Source: a virus. From it: a stretch of 64,000 nucleotides of DNA. The translations under genes were made by a program, and so were the position numbers. The notes under the pieces were generated by a model, which saw only the letters and a program-made list of their open reading frames with translations, was not told where the DNA came from and did no database searches. The stretch covers positions 32,001-96,000 of the IMG/VR virus record IMGVR_UViG_3300049427_000004. One strand, written 5' to 3'. The first letter of the stretch is position 1; each line of letters begins with the position of its first letter. Positions 1-11,276 of the stretch are shown one piece after another.

Positions 1-426
1 GAGATAATTTCACACATTTTTTCATCATCAAAGTTATAATAAAATGCCAAATCTAATATCCGTTCATAATCAACATACTCAAAGATATCTATTCCTTTAT
101 TGTCCCACATCCACTGCTCCTCTTCATATGTATGTTGTAGCCAACTAAAGTTGTAATAACCTTTCGGTACATATTTGAATGTCTGGATCAATTCATATAT
201 TTCTCTGCTGGTAAACCATTTATCATGTTGTTTTGTGTAATCATCTCTGTTTAAATTAACGACGATATCTCTTCCTTTGCTCATGAAATCCTTATATTGA
301 GCTTCACAAAGATAAAATTCAAATTCGTCAGCAACAAAATATTCTGCTTTCTGTCCAAAATCACCATTGATATAAAAACCGAATAAGTTCTCAGTCTCAC
401 CTGTAACATTGCATCTATCCATATAA

Positions 427-786
427 TTACCTCCGATTGGATAATTTATTTTTAATACGTGTTTCAATTTCTTGCTGTTTATCTATGTATTCGTCATCAC
501 CAAATGTTTTATATAAGTCTCTATAGTTCCTATACATATCAAGCAGCTCATCATATGTAAAATTACCTTTAACTTCTACGGTATCGGATGTGTCTTTAAG
601 TCGAACAAGACTGTGATCTACTTGCCATATAAAGCCATCCTTTCGCTTAATGGTATACATTATCGACTCTGCATATGTTCCATCTCGAATCACCGTTTTC
701 CAGCAATAACCTTCAATCGTAAATTCATCAAAATTGAAACTTTTTACAAGGATCGTCGAACCATTAGGATAAGGTTTTAGGCTCAT
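427..786 (-). CDS. Hypothetical phage protein
   Basis: 119-aa ORF in the co-directional minus-strand gene run; no motif recognised with confidence. Confidence 0.6.
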   Translation of the reverse strand: MSLKPYPNGSTILVKSFNFDEFTIEGYCWKTVIRDGTYAESIMYTIKRKDGFIWQVDHSLVRLKDTSDTVEVKGNFTYDELLDMYRNYRDLYKTFGDDEYIDKQQEIETRIKNKLSNRR

Positions 787-1045
787 AATTCACCATCTCA
801 TCAAACTTCTTTGACAACCGCTTGTAACTTTCGGTTGCTATGTATTTTAGAGCTTTAGCGACTTGCTCACCGTCATTCACACAAGGAAAATCTTCAGTGT
901 AACTGTTAAATTTATCTCTGTCGAAGTTATGCACATAATCAGAAATATCCCTATTTGTACCTTTAAGAAAATTACTAATCAAGCCTAAGATAATTGCATC
1001 CTTTTCATAGTTTCTCATATGCACCCTCCCTATAAATGAGATCAT
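764..1045 (-). CDS. Hypothetical protein (likely start MRNYEK at about 1018 after RBS GGGAGGG)
   Basis: ORF track; RBS-like AGGGAGGG inside the 5' end. Confidence 0.55.
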   Translation of the reverse strand: MISFIGRVHMRNYEKDAIILGLISNFLKGTNRDISDYVHNFDRDKFNSYTEDFPCVNDGEQVAKALKYIATESYKRLSKKFDEMVNYEPKTLS

Positions 1046-1209
1046 TTATCTAATAAATTCAACAAAAAGCTAAATACTAACCACAATATAATAAATATCA
1101 ACCACCCTATTTTAGTTTTAGGTGTTCCCTCTCTTACAAACTCCTTGTAAACTTCAGACCACTTTTTCAAAAACTCTCTTCATCTCCTCATTAAAATATC
1201 TTTTATCTG

Positions 1210-1752
1210 CTATTCCTTCCTCGACAATTTTGGTTGGTTAACTCTAAACCGTTCAATAACTTCATCGATGCTAATTGGCGTGTAGTTAATGTTCTCAACT
1301 GACACACATTGGTATTTCGCTTGATCAAAACCATCAATTTGGGAATGAACATGACCATGAATGTTAAATCTGATTCCAGATGCGTTTAAATGATTCATAT
1401 TGTCTTCCGAAACAGGTTCATGGGTTAGTAGGGCATTATTATATTGCAACATCTTATACGGCTTAAATCCTAGTTTAATGAACTTTCCATTAGTAATATC
1501 TTTATCGTGATTTCCTCGAATCACAATATTTCTTCCTTTGCTTACTCGTTGAGCTATGTATTCCATCCTAGCTGCTTTACAGAAAAACATATCACCCAAC
1601 CAATAAACCGTGTCACCTTCAAAAACAACTTTTTTGTAATTTTCGATGATTACATTGTCCATATGTTCTGTATCAATGAACGGTCTGGATTCATATTTCA
1701 TGATGTTTTTGTGGCTGAAATGTGGATCGGAAATAAACCAATCTTTACTCAA
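1210..1752 (-). CDS. Calcineurin-like metallophosphoesterase
   Basis: Motifs SDPHFSH, LGD, GNHD, THEP and HGHVH in canonical order. Confidence 0.9.
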   Translation of the reverse strand: MSKDWFISDPHFSHKNIMKYESRPFIDTEHMDNVIIENYKKVVFEGDTVYWLGDMFFCKAARMEYIAQRVSKGRNIVIRGNHDKDITNGKFIKLGFKPYKMLQYNNALLTHEPVSEDNMNHLNASGIRFNIHGHVHSQIDGFDQAKYQCVSVENINYTPISIDEVIERFRVNQPKLSRKE

Positions 1753-1971
1753 AATAACACCTCCTCACACAAATGGTTTAATAATTTCGTCTTTGTATTC
1801 TGGAAATCTACGTTCAATCGCCTCTTGCACTTTCACGATATCCGAATCAATAAATTTTCCACCATAGTTCATTTTCATTTCTACATAAATAAAATTGTAC
1901 ATCCAATTTAAAAGTCCAACCTGCTTTTCGTCCATTTCTCACACTCCTTATGAATCTGTTATTTCGTTGCC

Positions 1972-2292
1972 TTATTTATACATTTCCTGAATTTGTTCTT
2001 CATATCTTTTCCAATCATCTTCATCGAAGCAGTTTCTATATGCAAGTAGTTCGTGCCCATCGTTTTCAATAATGTCATTAAGCTCTATTGCAATTGTATT
2101 CTCAAACATTCTTACTTCTAAGCCGCCTTCATCGAATGGGGAACTACCTACAATTTTGACGAAATCACTTAAATCAAAATGCCACACATGAACATAAGTA
2201 TAAACTGTTTTATCTTTTTCATAGTTTTTGGTGTATAGTCCAGTTTCATTGTTTCTTAGAAATTCATATAAATCAGCATCAACTAATTTCAA
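1972..2292 (-). CDS. Hypothetical phage protein
   Basis: 106-aa ORF; its start overlaps the end of the upstream ORF. Confidence 0.6.
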   Translation of the reverse strand: MKLVDADLYEFLRNNETGLYTKNYEKDKTVYTYVHVWHFDLSDFVKIVGSSPFDEGGLEVRMFENTIAIELNDIIENDGHELLAYRNCFDEDDWKRYEEQIQEMYK

Positions 2293-2457
2293 CTGCCCAT
2301 TCTCCCTTCTTCTCTACATCTGTCATTCCAAACGTTTTAAATGACGCATAATGCTCTCCAAACCATTTAGGCTGCAACATATCATATGTATAAGTTCGAC
2401 CTGTACAGGAGACAATTGTGGCTCCCTGAGATAGTTTAGTGATTGCTTTGTTAAGGT

Positions 2458-2772
2458 TCATTTTGACAGTTCCTCATATTGATTTAGATAAACTGGATCT
2501 ATGTATTGTAAAAACTCTGTTGCAAATGTACCACTAAAACCTTCTAGAAATACTACGCCATGTTCACCATTTCCGCGCTCATATTCATCTGAGCCACAAA
2601 TCCACACTCTGCCGAAGTACTTAGGATTATCATGCTCCATGCATGTGTGCATAACCACAGGATCACCTTTTTTAAGTCGATATTCTCCTCGCCTCAATGA
2701 ACTTACCTCCCAATGAAAATCATGTTTTATTAGCTTACATCCATATGATATTTCCTTCTTTGTGATAGACAA
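2458..2772 (-). CDS. Hypothetical phage protein
   Basis: 104-aa ORF, coupled overlaps with neighbours. Confidence 0.55.
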   Translation of the reverse strand: MSITKKEISYGCKLIKHDFHWEVSSLRRGEYRLKKGDPVVMHTCMEHDNPKYFGRVWICGSDEYERGNGEHGVVFLEGFSGTFATEFLQYIDPVYLNQYEELSK

Positions 2773-3211
2773 TATCGTCGTTTAGCATTTTCATCCACTC
2801 ATCTTTTGTAGCCATGTAATCAGCAAAAGTTGATACATTATCCGCTGCATACTCACACAATTCATCCAATGTCTCAAAAACTGGAGTCATAGGATGCCCC
2901 TCAGAAGTAGTGCTCCAAATTTGAAATCCTTCTCCCACAGGAGGTTCATAATACCAATGTTTCTTTAATTCTGAATTATTCCATACGCAATATCTTGCTT
3001 CTTCATCACAATTATTAAAAATTCGGTCACATTCTTTGCAAATAATTCCATCATACTGTAAAATTTCAGGAACTTGTTTGGTGATTTCCTTCATATGCTG
3101 GAAATCATCGAGAGTCGGAGCAAATCCCTTCCATACCTCTCCAATCTCATACTCGTAATCCAATGGAACTCTCTTCAATTCTCTTCCCATTTCATTTATC
3201 TCCTTTGCCAA
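2735..3211 (-). CDS. Hypothetical phage protein
   Basis: 158-aa ORF with GRELKRVPLD and GEGFQIWSTTSEGHPMTPVF segments typical of conserved phage hypotheticals. Confidence 0.6.
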   Translation of the reverse strand: MAKEINEMGRELKRVPLDYEYEIGEVWKGFAPTLDDFQHMKEITKQVPEILQYDGIICKECDRIFNNCDEEARYCVWNNSELKKHWYYEPPVGEGFQIWSTTSEGHPMTPVFETLDELCEYAADNVSTFADYMATKDEWMKMLNDDIVYHKEGNIIWM

Positions 3212-3950
3212 TCAAATCATTGTTTTATTACTTCTCACTTCATAAAGAATTCCATGTCATAGAAATTATCAAAGTTATCCATTCGAATATAGTTAACGAA
3301 GCCATCAGGAAATTCAACTTTATATCTAGGAATTGTTTTTGCAGCCACAGATGCATCTAACAAAGTAACTAAGCCGACAATAATTGGTGATCCTCCGTGA
3401 TTGGCATGAAAGTCATTTAGCTCCCACAAGGCATTATTCGCCTCAAACTCTTTTGAATCGTCACGATTTAACATAGGTTTTTTAGCTACTACTTTAATTT
3501 TTCCTTCTCTCATTTTATTTCCTCCTTCGATTTCAGACTATCGGTATCAATCTGTTCTTTATAAAGTTTCTCATAATCCTTAATCATAGCGTCTACATAT
3601 CTCCAGCTGCATTCATCATCACTGTTCCAAAAATCTTTAATTTCGTTATAGTATTTCTGCCTGTATCCATGTTGCAATACATATTCTTGAATCACATAAA
3701 TACTTTCTTCTGGGTCTTCATAAGAGCCGTTATGTCGATAAATTAAAGGGAGCAAAATTTCTGCATCTTCAGTTTTCAACTCTCCAAGATTGTCAATAAT
3801 CTCTAAACTACCGACATCGATTCTTGAATCATTCCAATGGGATTCAATAACTTCGATGATATCTCCTTTCGAATCTGTAATTACTCTTGCAAAACCATCA
3901 ATATTAACCATTAGCGTATCACCTTTCTTTGAAATCGCCGTTTGATTGGC

Positions 3951-4379
3951 TTATACATTTAAAACTTTCCACTTGCTATCTCTGAGTGTTAAGTAAACCT
4001 TGTCACCGTGTAAGAAGGTTGTAACTGCTCTATTATGCTTTTTAAGTTTTATGTAGATAGAGCCACCATGAACCACAATGATTTCACCCATTCTGCAATA
4101 TGCACCTGAATTAACTTTGATTCCTAATTTAAGAAGAGCCTCGATTTGTATATGTATGTTTTCATTTAAGATACCGTGTTTCTCTAGAAATTCAATAGCC
4201 AATTTATCTTCTTCTTTTCGCTTATTTTCATAGAAATCACTATACATCTTTGATTGAACATCGTTTAACTTATTTTTCAGAACCCTCCCGTCTACAACAA
4301 ATGTGTGACCATCAATATGTAAATTAACCAAACATTGACTCTCATCAATACAATTCTCGCTAAACTCAATATTTTGTAT
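3951..4379 (-). CDS. Hypothetical protein (probable ATA start at 4379)
   Basis: The frame of ORF 3951..4331 stays open to ATA at 4379, 6 nt after RBS GGAGGAG. Confidence 0.55.
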   Translation of the reverse strand: MQNIEFSENCIDESQCLVNLHIDGHTFVVDGRVLKNKLNDVQSKMYSDFYENKRKEEDKLAIEFLEKHGILNENIHIQIEALLKLGIKVNSGAYCRMGEIIVVHGGSIYIKLKKHNRAVTTFLHGDKVYLTLRDSKWKVLNV

Positions 4380-4415
4380 AACAAACTCCTCCTAATGAAA
4401 ACTCAATTTACCCCA

Positions 4416-4877
4416 TTACCAACTACTGACTTTCTCAAGTCTCCCTTTTCTACAGTGAATGCAAGTTGACCTTTTTATTTCTTTACTTGAACCAGTTACT
4501 GTTTTACATGAGAGACAAGCATATCTGTAATCTAGAGATAGTTTTCTAACTTGATCTAATTGCCTCTGGCGACTTGTTCTTTCAGATTTCTCTCTTGCTT
4601 CATTATCAGATACGCACAATTTTCCACTGCGTCCTGCAAAATAGGGCGAATATTTCGCTCTGCCAGCCTCTTGTAACTTCTCATCTAATTCAAAACTAAT
4701 TTCATTTCGTGGAACACGTACTCCGTCCAATTGAACCAATTCGGTTTCTCTTTTTGATTTAACTGTTGCGTAGCCTACTATTTCACGCTCATGCAGATAG
4801 ACAGGAATTACTTGCTCCAACACATATGTATGATTTTGCCCCAAGCAAAAATTCGCAGTACTTAATTGGTTTTTCAT
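4416..4877 (-). CDS. Hypothetical protein with C-terminal CxxC...CxxC zinc ribbon
   Basis: CLSC...CIHC near the C-terminus; RBS AAGGAGTG. Confidence 0.55.
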   Translation of the reverse strand: MKNQLSTANFCLGQNHTYVLEQVIPVYLHEREIVGYATVKSKRETELVQLDGVRVPRNEISFELDEKLQEAGRAKYSPYFAGRSGKLCVSDNEAREKSERTSRQRQLDQVRKLSLDYRYACLSCKTVTGSSKEIKRSTCIHCRKGRLEKVSSW

Positions 4878-5192
4878 TGTATCACTCCTTATAAAACTCT
4901 TTTTGTTCTAATAGTCTGCATTCCAATTCATTAGAGAATCTGTAAACCAACTCACAAATATTCTCCATAGAAGAATTGGTAAACCAATAGGATTTCCTCC
5001 CATTACAGTTATGATAAACAACATTGTAATGAATCCTAAAATCAATGCAATCTGTGTTTCTTGTTTTCTAGTAAACAGAAAAACTAACACTAAAACAGTC
5101 ACTATAGTGTGCCATATATACATCCATACGGTTTCGATAATTCCGTTTAACTCTTCTCCTAATAAAAACTCTCTTTCGTCGTGTCACAGACT

Positions 5193-5588
5193 CTATTTGC
5201 TTGTCTGCAAATCTATGTCTGGAATGATGGATTCAGGACGAAACACCATACGGTAATGAAATGGGTCTGCATTAATTGCATCAGTTTGCTCCACAAGAAA
5301 ACTAACGTTGTCGCTTAATCCCAGATAGTGTTTCTTGTATGAATTTTCCCCCACCTTACAAGTGACGCTCAGTCTCCTTGGATCGTCGTTATTTCCTAAT
5401 GCGCAAAGTCCCTCAACTGTAAGCAAATATTTGTCAGTAATGCCGTTGAAAAATACGATCCTACGTTGTACTTCAAATGAATCAGCAGACTTTGAAAGGT
5501 TTTGTGACACTGTATCTGCTTCTGTTGTACACGCTGCTAATAAAATTACCATAATACTTACAAGAATGATTGCTAGTTTCTTTCTCAT
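5193..5588 (-). CDS. Phage lipoprotein
   Basis: MRKK, hydrophobic stretch and lipobox LAAC; RBS AAGGGAG. Confidence 0.75.
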   Translation of the reverse strand: MRKKLAIILVSIMVILLAACTTEADTVSQNLSKSADSFEVQRRIVFFNGITDKYLLTVEGLCALGNNDDPRRLSVTCKVGENSYKKHYLGLSDNVSFLVEQTDAINADPFHYRMVFRPESIIPDIDLQTSK

Positions 5589-5897
5589 TTATTATCTCCC
5601 TTTCTTGGTTCGCAATATATTTTTTAAATGTTGGCGCGTATCTTTTATTCAAAAACAATAAATTTCGTTTTCTGTAACTTATCCCATTCAGTAAACCGCT
5701 TTTCTTTCTCAATTTTCAATAATTTAAAAGCCAATGAATTTGCATCCACCTCATTCATAGCTTCTTCAAATTCGTTCATTTCCAACTTCAATCGATCCAT
5801 TTCCCAATGAATATAATACCCTGAATATGTCTTTTCTTTTTCCATCTCCTTGAACCTCCCCTCCTCTCCCACCCAATAATTCTAATATTTCAAGTGC

Positions 5898-7724
5898 TTA
5901 CGCTACAGCCAAAGTGTTGATAATACATCCATATAAATCATCTGGTTTGTCAAAATTCATCAAATTTAGCTCTCTAACAATCTCTTTTAAATTCAAGAGA
6001 ATAAATTTGTAATCCTCTAGATCTAAATTTTCGTCCAAGTCGATTCGTAGCTTTCCTTTATCGATAGTTGTTCTATCTATGTATATTTTATCGTTTGCAA
6101 AATCATGTATTGCGACAAACTCATCTTCAATTTTTTCGATTGTGTGATTTAACACTTCAACTGACGTTTCCTTAAGAACCATCAAATCTCCTACCGCAAA
6201 TACATTGCGAGTAAATCCAACAATTCTACTAATCATATCGAGCAACATCATAGCACGTTGTTCCTTATTGGAGAGTTCAGTGTTTGATATGGTTGCTTTG
6301 ATTTTAGTTTTTTCTGTTAGTGCTGAGATATGTACAATATTCTGTTCCATTCCTAGCATTTCAAGTACGCTGCTTTCAAACTTGTTGCGAGATACAATAA
6401 TTTTTAATTTATAGTGCTTTGCAATATTGAATTTTGCTTCTTGTTCTATTACCTCATCGAACCCTAACCAGAATACAGGCTCAGAGTCAAAGTCGATTTG
6501 TTTACCTCGTCTCTCATTTAGTCGCTCTTCATCTATCTCGGGTTCTTCATATCCACCAGAACTTCCCCCACTTCTACTCCATGAAGAAATTCCTTCTGCA
6601 TTTGGCGCTCTTTCTTTTACATCATTTTCAATTGACACTTCAGTAAAGTTAGATTCAGTCTGTTTGGACGCACTAGATTTGACAAATACTTCGTAATCAT
6701 TCAATGTTCTCATCTCTTTATTGTCTCGTTTAGCCAACGCAATACCGTTCAGATACTTGGAATCATTCTCTTCCTCTGTATCGAAAATTAGAAATGTCAT
6801 TTCATTTTTTAGTTTATTTTTGTCTGCGTAGTATGAAATCGCATCAATATGGCGGTTAATATCTTTCTGATTTCCTGTTAGAAAACTTGTGTTAGCTAAT
6901 TTCTCAATACACTTTTTCACACTGTTGATGAAGTCAAAATATTTATTGTCTCGAATGATATCCTTGCGATCAGGAGAAGTCAGATTTAATGCTTTGTCAG
7001 TTATATGTATGTCACCTTTTAAATAATACAGATTATCTAGTTTTGTAACCAATCGACCTTTATAGAAAACTTTTAAATCCTGACTAAAACCTGTGTTAAG
7101 CGCAATCCATCCCTTGAATGTCGATCCATCTTCAATCTTAGTCATGAAAACACTATCGTCGCCTTCAGTTAAATCTTTCTTCTGCTGCAACACATCGTCA
7201 CAGTAGATGTCGAGTTCGTGTATATACTTACCTAGAATTTGAACTCTTTCACGGATTAAACCAGATGATACTTGGTCGAAATCAAAATTATTCAGAACTA
7301 ATTTAAATCCTTCACATTTATCCTCTACTTCATATACTTCGATGTTTGTATTATTACTTTGAATCATCTCAGCAACGTTGAATACAATATGCTTGTTTCC
7401 AGAATAAACCTCGATATTGTCACTAACAGTTATATTGCTGAAGAAACCCATTCCAAAAGGTGATTCAGTTCTTTGGATATCTTCATCCCATTTCGATTCT
7501 GCAATTGAAAATAATGCTTGTGGATTCTGAAGTGTTTTACCGTTATTTTCAATGGTCACTCGCTTATTAGAGTAATCGATATTAACATCTACTCTTGATG
7601 ATTTAGCCCTCTGAGCATTCTGAATATCTTCATCTAAAAATGATAGTTTATCTTTGAATGTGCTTTGTCGAAGTAGCTTTAGTTGGTTGATTACATTCAC
7701 CTGAACCTTTACTTGGTTATCCAT
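5898..7724 (-). CDS. GHKL (HSP90/MutL-like) ATPase-domain protein
   Basis: EDIQNAQRA (motif I E...N), IENNGKTL (DxGxG-like), PFGMGFFS (G-rich motif III); long C-terminal region of unknown fold. Confidence 0.75.
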   Translation of the reverse strand: MDNQVKVQVNVINQLKLLRQSTFKDKLSFLDEDIQNAQRAKSSRVDVNIDYSNKRVTIENNGKTLQNPQALFSIAESKWDEDIQRTESPFGMGFFSNITVSDNIEVYSGNKHIVFNVAEMIQSNNTNIEVYEVEDKCEGFKLVLNNFDFDQVSSGLIRERVQILGKYIHELDIYCDDVLQQKKDLTEGDDSVFMTKIEDGSTFKGWIALNTGFSQDLKVFYKGRLVTKLDNLYYLKGDIHITDKALNLTSPDRKDIIRDNKYFDFINSVKKCIEKLANTSFLTGNQKDINRHIDAISYYADKNKLKNEMTFLIFDTEEENDSKYLNGIALAKRDNKEMRTLNDYEVFVKSSASKQTESNFTEVSIENDVKERAPNAEGISSWSRSGGSSGGYEEPEIDEERLNERRGKQIDFDSEPVFWLGFDEVIEQEAKFNIAKHYKLKIIVSRNKFESSVLEMLGMEQNIVHISALTEKTKIKATISNTELSNKEQRAMMLLDMISRIVGFTRNVFAVGDLMVLKETSVEVLNHTIEKIEDEFVAIHDFANDKIYIDRTTIDKGKLRIDLDENLDLEDYKFILLNLKEIVRELNLMNFDKPDDLYGCIINTLAVA

Positions 7725-8267
7725 ATTGTCCTCCTTTTAATGGTCTTGAATGTGATATTTCATCGGTGTTCATACTTATTAATCATTAATTCCGTCAATT
7801 TCTTCTTTACAGGAGGGGCAAACGTGGGTGGCGCAATCTCTATATTCGGGATCTGATACACTTCCAATCTCACCTTTAAAAACTTCATTCGTCGCTCTGT
7901 CCCATTCTCGATTCCAGTTCTTAACTCCGCATTTTGGACATTTCGCTTTTAGCTTCATTCATTCTCCTCCTTATTTCCTTCAGTATTCATTCAGATACTT
8001 GAGCCAATTTCTCTTCAAGTTCTGATACTGTCGATTCCAACATTTCAATATCTTGAGTCAGTACCTTAATTTTCGACACAAGATGGTTCCATATCTCCTG
8101 TAGTTCTTCGCATTCTTGTTCCATGCCAGCAGAATAGATAATCTCTGTTAAGTTTGCGAATCTTTCTGTCATATCTTTCATTTCTTATCTCCTCCTTTAA
8201 TATAAAAATATCGTATTCAATATTTCTCTTATATCTTTCACTCGGTATATCCTTTGAAATTTAGTTT

Positions 8268-8705
8268 TTATGAGCCTGTTGGCTTCCATTCTGGATACTG
8301 TTTGTAGAACTCAGCAATGTACTTCTTGAAATATTCATCCATTCCTGTGCGCTTTAAGCAATCAACGGATTGAACATCTGACCCACAAAAATATTCCCAA
8401 TTTAAGTATAAGTCAACTTGTGCAGCCCTAGTACGCTTGATTCGTTTACAGTCATATAATTTTTCGAGAATTTCAATAACCTCTTCTTGATCGATTGAAT
8501 AAGATTGTTCTATTTCAGAACATTCAAATTGAATATATGCACAAATTGCTTCAAATTCATCTGCGTCATAAGGTGCTTCAATATATGACCTTCGCTTAGT
8601 TTCATCGTATGTATGAGTAAGACAATATTGATGATTGAAAGTTGATCTTGGTAATTGATTAACTTCTTTTAGCTTAGCTACAATTTCTTTTTCGTATTTC
8701 CCCAT
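8268..8705 (-). CDS. Hypothetical protein
   Basis: 145-aa ORF flanked by 18-bp sites at 8254 and 8732. Confidence 0.6.
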   Translation of the reverse strand: MGKYEKEIVAKLKEVNQLPRSTFNHQYCLTHTYDETKRRSYIEAPYDADEFEAICAYIQFECSEIEQSYSIDQEEVIEILEKLYDCKRIKRTRAAQVDLYLNWEYFCGSDVQSVDCLKRTGMDEYFKKYIAEFYKQYPEWKPTGS

Positions 8706-8748
8706 TTTTCATTTCTCCTTTTTATTAGGCTTTAAATCCTACATTTCA

Positions 8749-9477
8749 TTACCCAATCCTCTCAAGATTTCCGTTGCGCTCCATCTTAAACTTTGCTACC
8801 TCATCTTTATCTGTACCAGTGAACATCTTACGTGCTTTATTGAACAAGTTCATAATTGTATTGTTTTCATTCATATATTCTTCTTTTTCATTTTTAAGTC
8901 TTTCATTTTCTTTTTTATAGTGAGTAATCATAGCTTCTGATCCATCAAGTTTTTCTTGTAATTTCTTCAATTTACTTTCATGTATTTCCTTTTGGCTTTC
9001 AAGCTTTCGATTCTCTTCTATGTATTTTGTTTGTTCACTCATTGATGTTTCAACTAATGCAGCAAACTGTTCAACCTGATATTCAAGATTCTCTCTGTCA
9101 TTGTTATTTTGAGAAAGCTGGAACTCAAGATCAAAAATCGTTCCTTCCTTTTCCCTAACTAATGTAGTTAACTCTACAACTTGAGCAGTTTTAAATTTAT
9201 TGTCCTCAATAATTTTATTTATTTCTGAGATTACATCATATTCAACTTTAATTTCAGTTGAAGTAGCATCTTCAACAATTGCTTCTATTGATCCTTGAGT
9301 ATCAAAAAAGTTTTCTGGCAAATCCTTTTTCAATACTCTCCAGCGTTCTGCACAAGCTCCCTCCGATCTCTCAATTTTCTTGGACGTGTTTACAAATGCC
9401 TCAATTCTTGTTGCTGCATTTTTAATATTATCAAGTAGAGTATTATCTTCTTTTGTAGTCCACACTTTAACTTTCAT
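8749..9477 (-). CDS. RsfA/YlbO-like transcription regulator (Myb-like N-terminus, coiled coil)
   Basis: N-terminal WTTKEDNTLL...RSEGACAERW and C-terminal FKMERNGNLE resemble RsfA-family hallmarks. Confidence 0.6.
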   Translation of the reverse strand: MKVKVWTTKEDNTLLDNIKNAATRIEAFVNTSKKIERSEGACAERWRVLKKDLPENFFDTQGSIEAIVEDATSTEIKVEYDVISEINKIIEDNKFKTAQVVELTTLVREKEGTIFDLEFQLSQNNNDRENLEYQVEQFAALVETSMSEQTKYIEENRKLESQKEIHESKLKKLQEKLDGSEAMITHYKKENERLKNEKEEYMNENNTIMNLFNKARKMFTGTDKDEVAKFKMERNGNLERIG

Positions 9478-9528
9478 AATATCATCTCCCTTTTAATTTT
9501 TACTTTTTATTCATCAATTTTTATGTAT

Positions 9529-9831
9529 TTACCAAGCATTTGCAGCCATTTTTACTTGTTGATTGTATTTTTCTTTAACTGATTCATCTATTTCAACTGT
9601 TTTCTTTTCTCTAAATATTTGCATATTTACGATTACATTCTTATGTACGGTGAAATCAAAATCATAGTACCTCACTACTAATGTATCTCCGCCGTTTTGA
9701 ATATCTGTTACTTGACCAAGAGTAACTGCTCTATGTATTTTAAAATTAACTTCTTCATTATTATTACATTTGGATGCACTAACTGAACAAAACTTTTTGT
9801 ATTGTTCGACAACACATGATTTAATTTTCAT
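9529..9831 (-). CDS. Hypothetical protein
   Basis: 100-aa ORF. Confidence 0.55.
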   Translation of the reverse strand: MKIKSCVVEQYKKFCSVSASKCNNNEEVNFKIHRAVTLGQVTDIQNGGDTLVVRYYDFDFTVHKNVIVNMQIFREKKTVEIDESVKEKYNQQVKMAANAW

Positions 9832-10176
9832 TTTTCATTTTCACCTTTTCGTTATGTATTTTTCTTATCTTCTTCCTTGAGACTTTTATGTAAGCAAGCG
9901 CAATGAGCGATAATGTAGTATAGATAATGCAAGAAGATACTAACACACTTATACCAATCAACTCCTTGTTATATTTCCATTTTTTACTTTGTGAGATTAT
10001 GATAGCATGGCTATACAGAAAAACGCAAGTACAATTTTTAATATTTTGCACTTGCGTCTGGATTCTGATCATTTTTACAAATTTCTGAAATTTGACCTTA
10101 AAAAAAGCTAGTGTTTATAAGGGTTTTTTAGTGCCAATTTCCCCATGAAAGGGTAGTTTTATCGGATGGGCGGTTT

Positions 10177-11259
10177 TTAAGTCATACGGTGCTGAAAACA
10201 GGTGTTATAGAGCTTCAGGAACGTCTCTACACCATTATCAACTGGAGACTGCTTTAATTCCTTAGAGAGCAAATTGTGAGTGTCATAAAGCGCATAAACC
10301 TGCCGAGATTGCCCAAACTTCCTCCCCTGTTTCTTGAATTCATCTACTGTCTTATCTTTATCAAGGGCAACGATGATTTTTATTTCGATTCCTAAATCCT
10401 TAATCATCTTTACTTGAAATTCACTTAGATCATCACCACTGATTGCGATGCAATTTAAGAATCCAAATTGAGCAGCCCACCAACAAGATTTTTCCCCTTC
10501 AAAAATGATTACTTCCTTTTTTTCAAGTATGTAATATAGAGCATTATGCCAGTTATAAATCTCAATCATTTTATTAAAGCCATAGAGGTATATGAATTTA
10601 TATATCCTCTTCTCTTTATACATTGGATCAGTAGTTCTACCTTTGACAGAAATGATATCTCCGTATTGATTATGTATAGGATAAATCACTCGCTCTGAAT
10701 GAACATCGAAACCAACTTGAAATTCAACTTGAGTCTGATAATCTAAACCTTGTTCTATGTATTGATAGTAAGGATACATAACAAATTGATTCATAATCGA
10801 ATCAGGAAATATTTCATTTTGACTGAATTCTCGTAGCGACTGCTTATTCCTTTTTTTCTTCAAATCCTTAAGCCATTGCAAAGGGTCTTCTTTCTTTGTC
10901 TCTCTGTTACCATTAGTCACCAAAAATTCAGTATAACCAAGTATCTCACATATCCATTTTTTAGATTTAAATAAATTATTAGTATGTAGTGACTCATCAT
11001 AGATATCAAATACCAAAAAAGACACAAGTCCGTATATGTCTATGTTGGTCATACCCATATTTCTGATTCTGCATGATAAATACTCATTTAGATAAATTTG
11101 TACGGCTCTTGGATTATTCGAGTCAAACTTAACAGGGAGTTGAGCTTCGTATCTGTTAGACTTGGGTTTGACTTGTTGGCAATTCATTGCATTTAATAAA
11201 TCTTCAACTTTTCCTTCTTCAAGAATCTTCTGTTTAATGTCCCACAGGTCATTGCTCAT
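10177..11259 (-). CDS. DNA primase (TOPRIM domain), SPbeta-type
   Basis: IYPIHNQYGDIISVKGR, EVIIFEGEKS and VALDKD TOPRIM motifs; follows the helicase gene. Confidence 0.8.
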   Translation of the reverse strand: MSNDLWDIKQKILEEGKVEDLLNAMNCQQVKPKSNRYEAQLPVKFDSNNPRAVQIYLNEYLSCRIRNMGMTNIDIYGLVSFLVFDIYDESLHTNNLFKSKKWICEILGYTEFLVTNGNRETKKEDPLQWLKDLKKKRNKQSLREFSQNEIFPDSIMNQFVMYPYYQYIEQGLDYQTQVEFQVGFDVHSERVIYPIHNQYGDIISVKGRTTDPMYKEKRIYKFIYLYGFNKMIEIYNWHNALYYILEKKEVIIFEGEKSCWWAAQFGFLNCIAISGDDLSEFQVKMIKDLGIEIKIIVALDKDKTVDEFKKQGRKFGQSRQVYALYDTHNLLSKELKQSPVDNGVETFLKLYNTCFQHRMT

Positions 11260-11276
11260 CTAACCTCCTCTCCTTC

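Noticed and set aside
1190-1206. Additional 18-bp site ATTAAAATATCTTTTAT
   Set aside because: The spacer is 1-2 nt too short, so it was not counted; it may be a degenerate copy.
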